Virus record (IMG/VR): IMGVR_UViG_3300031857_000027
Source of the DNA: a virus
Strand: one strand, 5' to 3'
DNA: 64,000 bases
The notes below the pieces were generated by a model. It did not search any database and was not told the origin of the DNA. It saw only the letters and a list, made by a program, of their open reading frames with translations. Shown here in pieces: positions 36,310 through 45,609 of this stretch. The translations under genes and the position numbers were made by a program. Numbering within the stretch: position 1 is the first letter of the stretch; every line of letters begins with the position of its first letter.

Positions 36310-37822
36310 CTAGTATCTTCCTCTTCAATTTAATCTTTGACATCTCTTGAATGTTCTGTCTTGATTGTGTGCCAAATTTATTCTCAACAAGATTTAGAAA
36401 TGGTTCATGTGAAAAGTATTTGTGCCATGCTTCATCACGAAACTTTAAAACTTCAGCACCAGTTAGTGCTTTTGTTCTGAGTGGTTTACAATCATATGAA
36501 AGAAATGCAAACTCTTCAAATGTCTCTGGCAATTCCCATTTATTATTAATTGCTTCCATGTATAGTGGACTGCCAGGTAATGCCATTGCTGCATAGAAGT
36601 TTGCATGTTCACAATTCAACTCAAGTGCAAGGTCAAGTGTCTCTTGCATTGTTTCTTGTGTGTCTTCTGGAAAACCAAACATGTAATTACCAAGTACGTT
36701 GATGCCTGCATCTTTGATATCTTGTACAACTTCACGAATGTCAACTTGCTTAAAGCGACCTTTATCAATCTCTAAACGAACTTGTGGATTACCTGCTTCA
36801 ATACCAAGTGCAAGCCAATTAACACCTGCTTCTTTAAATAGTTCAAGTTGATCCTTGCGAACAGAATCAACACGTGCATATGCCCAAAAGTTAAACTTCA
36901 TACCACGATCAACAAGACCTTGTAAAATAGGCACATAGTATTTCTTGTTCAGAAAGAACATTTCATCAGTCAAACGAACTGTACGCACACCGTTTTCCCA
37001 CAGAAACTCAAATTCTTTGAGCATCAATTCTGGTGAAAAGAAACGCATACCACGTGAGTCTGACGATACTGTACCTTGCTGATACGATGTACGATTCACG
37101 ATGTTGATCATACAGAAGTTGCAACCAAATGAGCAGCCTAATGATGTTGAGATTGCGGCAAACGGTGTACGATCTTCATCTAAGAAGTTTGTATGCCAAT
37201 AATGTGCCCTGTACTTGTCTAAAAGATTTGTTTTCTTTGGTAGCAAATCCCATGCATAACCAGGCATTACACGATCCATGTCTTCTGTTTTGACAATTTC
37301 TCCTGGTGCACCTGTTGCAGCAAAGCCATGCTTCTTATAAACAAGACCACGAACTTTATCCAAGTGATCTTTGTAGTTTGTTTGAAGTAGGTCTAGTAAA
37401 CCATATACACCTTCATTGATGAATACAAAATCAACATAAGGTAAACCAATCACATCATACGGCAATGCAGATGCATGAGAGCCAATGAATACAGTTTTGA
37501 TTGAAGGCCGAATGAGTTTGAGTTGTCTTGCTAGTCTTGATGCACCAATCATCATTGTGGTGCCTGAGTTTGGATTTTGTCCATAAAGAACAAACACTGC
37601 TATGTCTGTATTCGTAGCAGAGATACGATGAGCCGAATGCTCAAGGTCTGGTGATGGGTCCGCATCAAAGTCTAAGATACAAGGATCATGTCCTTCTTTA
37701 CGAACTGCTTGCGCCAAAAGGAGTGCCCATGTCGGCGGCTCAATAGCCGAATATTTTTGTGACAGGTCCTGATAGGCCTGCTTGGCACTGCTTGGTATCA
37801 CAAATGTCACCACTTTTGACAT
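36302..37822 (-). CDS. Cobalamin-dependent radical SAM enzyme
   Basis: N-terminal B12-binding domain (EPPTW...GSHAS...NEG), CSFGCNFC, DEMF, GIEAG, MFGFP, PGSPLY. Confidence 0.9.
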   Translation of the reverse strand: MSKVVTFVIPSSAKQAYQDLSQKYSAIEPPTWALLLAQAVRKEGHDPCILDFDADPSPDLEHSAHRISATNTDIAVFVLYGQNPNSGTTMMIGASRLARQLKLIRPSIKTVFIGSHASALPYDVIGLPYVDFVFINEGVYGLLDLLQTNYKDHLDKVRGLVYKKHGFAATGAPGEIVKTEDMDRVMPGYAWDLLPKKTNLLDKYRAHYWHTNFLDEDRTPFAAISTSLGCSFGCNFCMINIVNRTSYQQGTVSSDSRGMRFFSPELMLKEFEFLWENGVRTVRLTDEMFFLNKKYYVPILQGLVDRGMKFNFWAYARVDSVRKDQLELFKEAGVNWLALGIEAGNPQVRLEIDKGRFKQVDIREVVQDIKDAGINVLGNYMFGFPEDTQETMQETLDLALELNCEHANFYAAMALPGSPLYMEAINNKWELPETFEEFAFLSYDCKPLRTKALTGAEVLKFRDEAWHKYFSHEPFLNLVENKFGTQSRQNIQEMSKIKLKRKILGD

Positions 37823-37836
37823 AACAAAAATTCCTA

Positions 37837-38253
37837 TTAATGAAGTTTTTTATTCTTTGCTTCTTGTATGCTTTGAATAACTTCTTCTATGATTTGATGT
37901 TGCACATCTTCTTCTTCTTGCTCTTGTTCTTCTAAGAGATTATCAATCATCTTATCTGAATCTGCCATCTCTTCAATTGTTCGCTCAACAAGTTTGTCAT
38001 AGTATCGTATCATTGATTCTTTAGGCTCTACAACAGTCACGATGTCTGAATAATAAATCATCGCAGAGTTTTCTTTGATCAACTCTACTGGTAACCATGG
38101 CATCATCATCATGACCGTTTGACCTGTAGGTAAACGACGAAACACAATACGCATAGGATCGTTGATTTGTATTTGATCAGAATTCTCTTCTTCAAACATA
38201 GAAGCCATGATATCTTCACCAGATTGCATTCTTATAAGTTTGACGTTATGCAT
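37837..38253 (-). CDS. Conserved Sm-like hypothetical protein downstream of uvsW
   Basis: VKLIRMQSGEDI...INDPM...PWL; acidic tail. Confidence 0.7.
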   Translation of the reverse strand: MHNVKLIRMQSGEDIMASMFEEENSDQIQINDPMRIVFRRLPTGQTVMMMMPWLPVELIKENSAMIYYSDIVTVVEPKESMIRYYDKLVERTIEEMADSDKMIDNLLEEQEQEEEDVQHQIIEEVIQSIQEAKNKKLH

Positions 38254-39727
38254 TCTTGACCTCTATATTGTAAAACTTGTACTTAAACTTTTCTTCATCG
38301 TATATCCTAACACGTTCTTGCAAGTGTTGCAAGGTATAGTTTACATGTTTACCTATACGAAAGTCATCGGCTATATCATAGAGAACTGCTTCACTTTTGT
38401 TATCACCTATTCTTAGACCTCTACCAATTGATTGTAGATTTCTAACCCTTGACTTAGACGGTGATGCAAAGATGACATTATGTAGATTGCGAATGTTGAT
38501 ACCCGTACTAAAGGTACCGTATGATGCCACGATAATGGCATTGTTTTGTTTTTCGGTAATAGCACGAACTTGTTCACGGACATCAACGTCTGTGCCACCA
38601 TAAACAAAAAACACATGACGATTGGTGGCCTTTTCTTCAATCATCTTGTGTAGATGTTTACCATGCTTCTCTACTAGATTGAATAGTATAAGTGAGTTGC
38701 CTTCAAGTGACAATGCAAGATTACGTATGAATTCATTTCTTGCGGTACTTCTTACTATGTAGTCTATCTCAGATTGATAATCCCAACCTCTAGAGAGTTT
38801 ACACACCTCTTCAGAATATTTCAGTACCAGACACTTAATACGGAAGTCTGCCAGTTGTTTATTCTCAATCAGTTTAGCAGTAGTGGTAGACTGATACACA
38901 GGACCAAATAGTCCTTCTAACACTAGTTTGTGAGTCTGTGTGCCGTCAACTGTACCTGTGCAACCAATACGATATGATGCATTCTTCAGACCAGTCATAA
39001 TGGTAGTCAATGACTTTGCTTTGAACTGATGTGCTTCATCACCCAATACAAAATCAAATTGCTCAAAGTATTCTGGTGGATTCTTGTAGATAGATTGCCA
39101 TGTGGTAATGGTTAGAAACTTATCTGTGTGCTTCTCTTTGCCTGAATACTGACGATGACAATAAGTGTCTGCATCATAACCATATGACTTGAAATCGGAA
39201 TACATTTGCTCAACAAGTGATGTTGTTGGTACAATCAGTAATCCTTTTCTGTAATCTTTGTATTGTAAATACCGAAGAATAAGATACTGTATCAGAGACT
39301 TACCTGAACCAGTGGGTGATAACAACAACATTCTCTTTCTTCTTACGGCAGTAATGAATGCTTTGTATTGATACTCCCTTACACCTTCTGTTATAATGGT
39401 CTTGTCCAAATGAAGTTGCTCCAAAAACTCATTGGCCTCCAATGCTGAAAAACTCTCTGTATTGTTTACAGCAGCATCAACCTCAAGTTTGTAACCTCTT
39501 TCTTCACAGAACTTTTCAATGTAAGGTACAAGTCCATGGTAGATAGTGTATGTTCGTAGGTCAGCAAGTCTTATCTTACCATCCCAAAGACGATTCTTGT
39601 ACGCTGGCATGAATTGATAACCAGGTACAAAGAATGTAAAGTAGTCTGCAAGTTCTTGTGCGACACTTTTCTCACACGTAAACCTGATGAATGCTTCATT
39701 TTGTTTATATAATATTAAATCAAACAC
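38246..39727 (-). CDS. uvsW: SF2 helicase UvsW
   Basis: WDGKIRL, SPTGSGKS, DEAH, QSIGRGLR; probable GTG start at 39727. Confidence 0.96.
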   Translation of the reverse strand: MFDLILYKQNEAFIRFTCEKSVAQELADYFTFFVPGYQFMPAYKNRLWDGKIRLADLRTYTIYHGLVPYIEKFCEERGYKLEVDAAVNNTESFSALEANEFLEQLHLDKTIITEGVREYQYKAFITAVRRKRMLLLSPTGSGKSLIQYLILRYLQYKDYRKGLLIVPTTSLVEQMYSDFKSYGYDADTYCHRQYSGKEKHTDKFLTITTWQSIYKNPPEYFEQFDFVLGDEAHQFKAKSLTTIMTGLKNASYRIGCTGTVDGTQTHKLVLEGLFGPVYQSTTTAKLIENKQLADFRIKCLVLKYSEEVCKLSRGWDYQSEIDYIVRSTARNEFIRNLALSLEGNSLILFNLVEKHGKHLHKMIEEKATNRHVFFVYGGTDVDVREQVRAITEKQNNAIIVASYGTFSTGINIRNLHNVIFASPSKSRVRNLQSIGRGLRIGDNKSEAVLYDIADDFRIGKHVNYTLQHLQERVRIYDEEKFKYKFYNIEVKNA

Positions 39728-40154
39728 CTTGTATGAATTTTTCCCAGTCAATGAATGAACGAAGTTCCCATGTTCGGTTGTTCAATTCTTTTAATATTGC
39801 CTGACAGACTTCAACAATTTCTTCATGCAACAACTTCTTTGCAAGGTACTTATTGATATCTTCATCCGCTTCTAAGTATGTATTGATCTCAGATTTGAGT
39901 GTAAATGGAAATGGCTGCCAACCATATTTGGTCAAATCTTCATCATCAAGTCTACCTGTATAGTATTCCCATTTCAACTTACGCCATTTGTTGTAGTTGA
40001 ACTCTGCTTCTTTGGCTAGTAACCGATGTGAAGAAAGAATGTTCAGATACTTTGAGTGAAGTTTGGGAATATCAATCAGTGCTTTACCTGGTTCAGTGCG
40101 GTCAATGTTAGAATCCGCAGTCCACATTTGTAATACTTCGTCAAGTTTGCTCAT
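39720..40154 (-). CDS. uvsY: Recombination mediator UvsY
   Basis: IPKLHSKYL, KWEYYTG, YLEADED; synteny. Confidence 0.92.
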   Translation of the reverse strand: MSKLDEVLQMWTADSNIDRTEPGKALIDIPKLHSKYLNILSSHRLLAKEAEFNYNKWRKLKWEYYTGRLDDEDLTKYGWQPFPFTLKSEINTYLEADEDINKYLAKKLLHEEIVEVCQAILKELNNRTWELRSFIDWEKFIQGV

Positions 40155-40184
40155 ATTATACCTCCTATTAGGAGTATATCACAA

Positions 40185-40724
40185 TTAAAATAATTTTTCT
40201 ACGTTATAATAGGTAAATCTGAATGTAGCGTCTGCTGTGATGATTGTATCTGGTGTGTCAGTAGAAGACATAACAAAACCAGATAGTGAAATTGGAAATA
40301 AATCTTTGAAGTTGAAACGGTAATAAGGTTTGTTTGATGCAGAAAGAATAGTCACTGCACCATCAGAATACTGTGGAGTCTTTGTTGGTATTGCTGAAGC
40401 AAATTGATTTAGTTTTGACAAATTCTGATATTCTTCATACTCAGTTGGGAATGTTACTGCACGAAGCCAGTCATGTACTTCTAACCACGACAACATTTCA
40501 GCATCAACAATAAAGGTAACATTCAACACATCATAGATTGCTTTTTCACCAGGAGCATACAGTTCAACAAATGGGTTCTGTACAGGAATTTCTGAAGTAG
40601 AAAGACCAGGTAAAGAAATTGTTTGAGTAAAGTATTGCAGATTCGGTGTACGAGCCAGATTCAGCGTAAACTTATTCGGCTGTAACGAATTTGGATTTGT
40701 AGGGTTACGTGTAAGGACTGTCAT
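40185..40724 (-). CDS. 3: Tail tube terminator / tail completion protein gp3
   Basis: LQPNKF, PG, F.VD..M..W..VHDW, FPISLS, ATFRF; synteny after gp23. Confidence 0.85.
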   Translation of the reverse strand: MTVLTRNPTNPNSLQPNKFTLNLARTPNLQYFTQTISLPGLSTSEIPVQNPFVELYAPGEKAIYDVLNVTFIVDAEMLSWLEVHDWLRAVTFPTEYEEYQNLSKLNQFASAIPTKTPQYSDGAVTILSASNKPYYRFNFKDLFPISLSGFVMSSTDTPDTIITADATFRFTYYNVEKLF

Positions 40725-40743
40725 ACTCTTATTTATGCACCAT

Positions 40744-40772
40744 AAAAAAAGAGGCTCCCGAAGGAGCCTCTC
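40744..40772 (-). terminator. Rho-independent terminator after gp23
   Basis: AGAGGCTCC-TTCG-GGAGCCTCT plus T-run; a CATAAATA late promoter follows at 40730-40737. Confidence 0.9.
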
Positions 40773-40800
40773 TAAATCCCACTCTACGGTGGTTATTTAA

Positions 40801-42144
40801 TTACATCAGGTTTGCAATACGGAAGCCACGGTAGTAGTTGTTGCTCTGTGTTGTCAGAGCGCCGAGGCCTTGATCTGTACCTTCTGCGAATGGATTTGCT
40901 ACCAGACCGTAACGAGTCTTGAAGCCAATCTTTGGCTGGAATGTACCAGTATCTACAGCACGAACCATTTGCAGCGGTACGTATGGGCAGTAGAACATAC
41001 CAGCATCGTATGCGTTTGTGCCTTTGTAACCAACTACAGCAAATTCAGATGTCGAACCAACTGGGAAGTATGGGTCGATGTAGACTTTGATACGACCGAA
41101 GATTGTACCAGCAAATGTGTTGCCTGTATCGTCAACTGTCAGTGATACTTGACCAGCAAGTGCTGAGTTATAGTCAAGGATACCAGCCATTGCCAGAGCA
41201 GAAGCTACGTCTGAAGAACAGATAACGATGTTACCTTTTCCACGACGGGTTGTCTTAGCGATTTGGTTTGCTTCACGCTCAATTTGGAATGCCAGACCTT
41301 TGATCTTTTCAACCATCCAACGACCGTTTGAGTCTGTGTCAAGGTTGAATGCGCCTCTAGTTGTTGTACCTGCTTGGCAACCTGGCTTAGCAATCTTGTA
41401 GATTGTACGGATAACTTCACGGTTGATTTCAGCAAGAATTTCAGCGGACAGAATGTTAGCCAGTTCTGTTTCAGCGTCAAGACCATGAACTGCTTTCAAG
41501 TCTTGTGCCAGTTCCATTGAGTATTCTGCTTTCAGCGCACGTGTACGGGCTGTTACAGTGACTTTCTCAATTGAGAATGCCATTTCTTGGAATGTGTTAC
41601 CAGCAGCGCCATCACCCAGTGCTTCAGCAGAACCAGTTGTCATAGCACCAGTTGGAGCAGCGTTACCTGTAAACAGATAATCTGTTGTGTTACCAGCGAT
41701 TGTCATTGAAGAAGCAACGATTGCACCGTTAGCACCCGAGAATGCTGTGTTTGCTTCGTTGTAGAATGCTTCGTTACCGCCTTGTGATGCATACTTAGTA
41801 CGCATTGCAAAGATCAGACCTGTAGGACCTGTCATTGGCTGAACGCCGCAAACGTCATAAGCGATCAGGTTAGGCAGTGAACGACGAACCAGGCTGATCA
41901 GGATTGGATCGAAACCAGCAACTGGACCAGCAGCAGCAGAACCGCCACTAAAACCACCTGTACCAGCAAAGTTAGTTGGTGAACCAGTTTCACTCAGAAT
42001 ACCTGCTTCTTTCATCATTTCTTGAGCTTGGTTCTCAAGAATTACCGCTGTAACGGCTTTACGATATGGGTCAGCAATTTTTGGCATATCTGGATGATCC
42101 AGTACACCTTCCCATTTGTTTTGTAGATTTTCAGACAAATACAT
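40801..42144 (-). CDS. 23: Major capsid protein gp23
   Basis: LISLVRR..PNLIAYDVCGVQPMTGPTGLIFAMR, ELAQDLKAVHGLDAE, YCPYVPL, GFKTRYG. Confidence 0.99.
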   Translation of the reverse strand: MYLSENLQNKWEGVLDHPDMPKIADPYRKAVTAVILENQAQEMMKEAGILSETGSPTNFAGTGGFSGGSAAAGPVAGFDPILISLVRRSLPNLIAYDVCGVQPMTGPTGLIFAMRTKYASQGGNEAFYNEANTAFSGANGAIVASSMTIAGNTTDYLFTGNAAPTGAMTTGSAEALGDGAAGNTFQEMAFSIEKVTVTARTRALKAEYSMELAQDLKAVHGLDAETELANILSAEILAEINREVIRTIYKIAKPGCQAGTTTRGAFNLDTDSNGRWMVEKIKGLAFQIEREANQIAKTTRRGKGNIVICSSDVASALAMAGILDYNSALAGQVSLTVDDTGNTFAGTIFGRIKVYIDPYFPVGSTSEFAVVGYKGTNAYDAGMFYCPYVPLQMVRAVDTGTFQPKIGFKTRYGLVANPFAEGTDQGLGALTTQSNNYYRGFRIANLM

Positions 42145-42168
42145 CTTTGTATCTCCTTAGTTTATTAT

Positions 42169-43263
42169 TTAAATTTTTGTTCTTGAAATTGCATTAACAA
42201 CCGAAGCAACGTATGGATCAGCGGATACTTTCTTTTCGCTACCATCGTCTTCTACTTCTTCATGAAGTTGTGCAACATCGGCTTTTTTAACGCCTGATGG
42301 GAAGTAATTCTCACGAATTGTCTCAAGTTTTTCTACGAACTCTTCCTCTGTGGAGAATTCAACACTCTCTGCAAGTGACTTGATTTTTTCTACTTGAGTT
42401 GCTGTGAGACCTTCGCAAACTTCATTTACTAGTTGTACTTTAATTGCTTCAGTAAGTTGTTTCTTGTACTGAATATTGGCTTCAATTTCTTCATTCAATT
42501 TAACTTCCAGTTCTTCGACTTTAGATGCAAGTTCATCTACCAGTTCGACTTTATCTTCTGGAACGTTGATGTAGTTTTCGGCAAACAGATTACGCAAACC
42601 AGCAATAAAGTCTTCAGTGATTTCGGAACGCAGACCGCTTTCAATAGCGATTTCGTTCTCTTGCATCCACTGCTCTACTACGTAGTTTAGGTAATCATCT
42701 ACCTTTTCTGTAAGTTCAGATTTGATTTCTTCAAGAGCCTCGGCTAACATGCCAGCATATTCTGCTTCCATTTGTTCTTGAATCTGTGCAACACGGTCAA
42801 ATACACGTGCTTCAAAGATTGTAGCAGCCTTTACTTTGAAGTCTTCTGAAATGTTTGAATCGTCAGCAAACAATGAAGCAACATCTTCTTTCATTTGTGC
42901 TTTCATTTCTGCGATTGCTGATTCGTCATCAATCAGTTCTTCTTCTTCGTTGGTTTGTTCAGGCATCATTGCTGTACCTGTACCCGCTTTCATGTTCTTG
43001 TCGCCAAGTTGAACATCGCTTGATGCAGCAGAAGGCTTAGTTGTAGGTGCTGTTGCACTCTTAGCACTACCTTTGCTTGACAACTTGTTAGAATCATCAG
43101 TAGGTTTGTTGTTCTGTGGTGTAGGACCGCCTAAGTCTTCAGGTGTTCCAGGATTGCCTGGAGGTGTATTCTGAGTTAATTTAGGCATTGGCATACCAGG
43201 AGCAGATGACTTGCTTCCTGCAAGAATTTCTGCCGCTGCTTCCATGAGTTTGTTTGTTGCCAT
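42169..43263 (-). CDS. 22: Prohead core scaffold protein gp22
   Basis: KAATIFEA, VDDYLNYVVEQW, acidic coiled coil; synteny. Confidence 0.93.
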   Translation of the reverse strand: MATNKLMEAAAEILAGSKSSAPGMPMPKLTQNTPPGNPGTPEDLGGPTPQNNKPTDDSNKLSSKGSAKSATAPTTKPSAASSDVQLGDKNMKAGTGTAMMPEQTNEEEELIDDESAIAEMKAQMKEDVASLFADDSNISEDFKVKAATIFEARVFDRVAQIQEQMEAEYAGMLAEALEEIKSELTEKVDDYLNYVVEQWMQENEIAIESGLRSEITEDFIAGLRNLFAENYINVPEDKVELVDELASKVEELEVKLNEEIEANIQYKKQLTEAIKVQLVNEVCEGLTATQVEKIKSLAESVEFSTEEEFVEKLETIRENYFPSGVKKADVAQLHEEVEDDGSEKKVSADPYVASVVNAISRTKI

Positions 43264-43285
43264 TGAATATCTCCTTATGATTTCT

Positions 43286-43293
43286 TATTTATA
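43286..43293 (-). promoter_or_regulatory. T4-type late promoter TATAAATA
   Basis: Exact consensus upstream of gp22. Confidence 0.85.
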
Positions 43294-43297
43294 AATT

Positions 43298-43948
43298 TTA
43301 AAGTTTTCGTAGGAAGTTTTCGAAGAGTTGTAATCCGACAGATTCAACATCTCTGCGTGATGCTTTACGAATTTGCTGTTTAGCATAGTCAATATGTGAC
43401 TCGACAAACTTACCCTCTACGAACATCCATTCTTTGTTTTCCATGATGCCCTGAACAAAAGCACCGGGAGCAGAAGGGTCAGCAACGATATCAGCAGCAG
43501 TTGCAAGGCGCAGGTCATCTTGTACTAGATTATAACCTTCTTTTGTCATTACGACAGAACCCAAAGCACGTGATGAAACACCAAGACCGACACCAGACTC
43601 AATGAGATTCTTGGCGATCAAACCATATGGTGTTTCCATGATGAGTGCTTTACCGACAAATGTATTACCATTCTCTACCAAACTTGTAATCTTGTGTGAC
43701 ACACGTTCTAGATTCAGTGATGGTGTATCTGGATGTCCCAGTTCACCAAGCGCACGATTTGTGTTGATATACTCTTCGGTATATCGTTCAACTTCATTGC
43801 GAAGTGTGTCCATTTTGTACATACGATTGTTACGGTTGACTGCATCGCCAACCAAAAATATACCTTCAATGTAAAGATTCTTTTTACCGTCTTCTGTTTT
43901 TTCGGTAAGATATCTTACATTCTCAATATGTTCTTTAATAAGTTTCAT
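43298..43948 (-). CDS. 21: Prohead protease gp21
   Basis: IEGIF, NRNNRMY, GELGHP, GVSSRALGS, DIVADPSAPGA. Confidence 0.97.
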   Translation of the reverse strand: MKLIKEHIENVRYLTEKTEDGKKNLYIEGIFLVGDAVNRNNRMYKMDTLRNEVERYTEEYINTNRALGELGHPDTPSLNLERVSHKITSLVENGNTFVGKALIMETPYGLIAKNLIESGVGLGVSSRALGSVVMTKEGYNLVQDDLRLATAADIVADPSAPGAFVQGIMENKEWMFVEGKFVESHIDYAKQQIRKASRRDVESVGLQLFENFLRKL

Positions 43949-44310
43949 TAGATTGATACTCCTGTATATGGATCAACATTGTATGTTGCATACTTGGCCA
44001 AGTGTAAAATAATTGTGCCGCCAGTATTGATTTCAATTACAATGCTTTGAGTGTTATTGTTTGCGACCGAATATCCATAAGAATCAAAATCCATGTCACC
44101 ACCATTTTGGAGTGCTAACAAAGGTATACCATTTCGTGTGATACGGATGTTACCATTTGTTGACCACAAAACATGTTTAATGTCGGCGGCGGTAACAGTT
44201 TCGGTTGTAGCATTTGCTCTTAAATTATTGAGAGTGATCGTGTATGTACCAGGATCCACTGCTCGTACAATTGATGAACCTCTTAGAGTATTCGTAATTT
44301 CAAATGGCAT
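43948..44310 (-). CDS. Hypothetical virion-associated beta-rich protein
   Basis: Coupled ORF inside the head operon. Confidence 0.7.
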   Translation of the reverse strand: MPFEITNTLRGSSIVRAVDPGTYTITLNNLRANATTETVTAADIKHVLWSTNGNIRITRNGIPLLALQNGGDMDFDSYGYSVANNNTQSIVIEINTGGTIILHLAKYATYNVDPYTGVSI

Positions 44311-44311
44311 T

Positions 44312-44773
44312 TTATTTTAGTCCCATAGCTTGACGACGACGCATTGACATTTTTCTTTTCATCAACGTGCGTCTTAGTTTACTTTTTCTTGTTGTTTTCC
44401 AAGAACGTTTTAACAAACGTGCTTTGCGTAATCTTACTGTTGCAGGTATGCGCTTTATTGTATTACCAGAAATACGGTAACCTTTTATTCCTGATTTGCG
44501 TACATTTCTCTGTACAACAATTCTACCTTTTTTATTGCGACGAATGCGGCGGCGTACCTTTGTAATACGACCCATCTTTTGAATGTTTGGATTGCGTTTC
44601 TTAGCCGCTTCCTCTAACACTTCTTCGTCAACTTCAATCTCTTCAAACATTGCATCAACGACATATGGCTTTGCTTCTTCCATACGAACAGAAGCAATGT
44701 CGTTCAGACGTTCAAAGATTAACTCTTTGGCTTCGTCTAATCTATTTTGCAGAATTAGTTCTACAAAACTCAT
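44312..44773 (-). CDS. Prohead core protein (gp68-like) with Arg/Lys-rich C-half
   Basis: Acidic N-half, then RRRIRR...KRKMSMRRRQAMGL; located between gp20 and gp21. Confidence 0.6.
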   Translation of the reverse strand: MSFVELILQNRLDEAKELIFERLNDIASVRMEEAKPYVVDAMFEEIEVDEEVLEEAAKKRNPNIQKMGRITKVRRRIRRNKKGRIVVQRNVRKSGIKGYRISGNTIKRIPATVRLRKARLLKRSWKTTRKSKLRRTLMKRKMSMRRRQAMGLK

Positions 44774-45401
44774 ATAGTTTTCCGAATGTTGCTACAGATT
44801 CAGTTAGTTGTTGCCAAAAGATTTCTTTACTATCTTCTTCTAACTGACCGTATGTGTTTATGATTTGTTGTTTTGTTTCTTCGTTTAGAGAAATTGTATT
44901 GCCATCATTCAGCATCAATTCTTCTGCTTCTACTAGTTCTTTAATGTATTCTTCTGCTTGAACTGGAGCATCAACCATTGGACCATAAGGAATGCTAAAT
45001 GCTCTTTTTATTTTATCACTCCAATACAGAGCAATACGTGTGCCGTCTGGATACAATCTTACCGCTTTACGTTTGATTACCAAAACCACTGGAGGGTCTG
45101 GTACCAATGGTGTATCCATACGTGCTTCTTCAAGTTCCACTTCCTCACGAACTGCTTGTCTTGCTTTACCGTAAATCTGTTTACTTGAAACTAAATCTAC
45201 CATGCGATTGAAAAGATTACGCATGATCTCACGATCAGCACTGTTGAACTGTGGGCGTTCTTCACCCATCTTATCCAAGATTTTGTGAATACGAGCCAAC
45301 TGTGCTTTGTTTGCAAGACCAGCACGAACAAGTGCATCAAACTTAGAGTAGTCTTGCTTCTCTTCTTCTACGATAGATTTAAATTCAAGTAATGATTTCA
45401 T
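44742..45401 (-). CDS. Hypothetical head-region protein
   Basis: 219-aa ORF in the head operon with several (L/V)xE putative gp21 cleavage sites. Confidence 0.7.
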   Translation of the reverse strand: MKSLLEFKSIVEEEKQDYSKFDALVRAGLANKAQLARIHKILDKMGEERPQFNSADREIMRNLFNRMVDLVSSKQIYGKARQAVREEVELEEARMDTPLVPDPPVVLVIKRKAVRLYPDGTRIALYWSDKIKRAFSIPYGPMVDAPVQAEEYIKELVEAEELMLNDGNTISLNEETKQQIINTYGQLEEDSKEIFWQQLTESVATFGKLYEFCRTNSAK

Positions 45402-45598
45402 TCTTGCTCTACGGCTTCTTCACTGTCGGTAACTTCTTCGTCGCCTTGCTCTTTCCCGCCAAATAAAGTTGCAGCCATTTCTTGCTTACGGCCTTGGAGC
45501 GCATCGAACGCTTTTGCGGATAAAACATTTTCTATACCTTCTTTTGCGGCGGCGCTATCACCAGCGGCAATATTGTTGACAATATCTTTTAATTCCAT
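45398..45598 (-). CDS. Prohead core protein gp67-like
   Basis: Small acidic protein directly after the portal; preceded by TATAAATA at 45624-45631. Confidence 0.7.
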   Translation of the reverse strand: MELKDIVNNIAAGDSAAAKEGIENVLSAKAFDALQGRKQEMAATLFGGKEQGDEEVTDSEEAVEQE

Positions 45599-45609
45599 AA
45601 TAACCTTCC

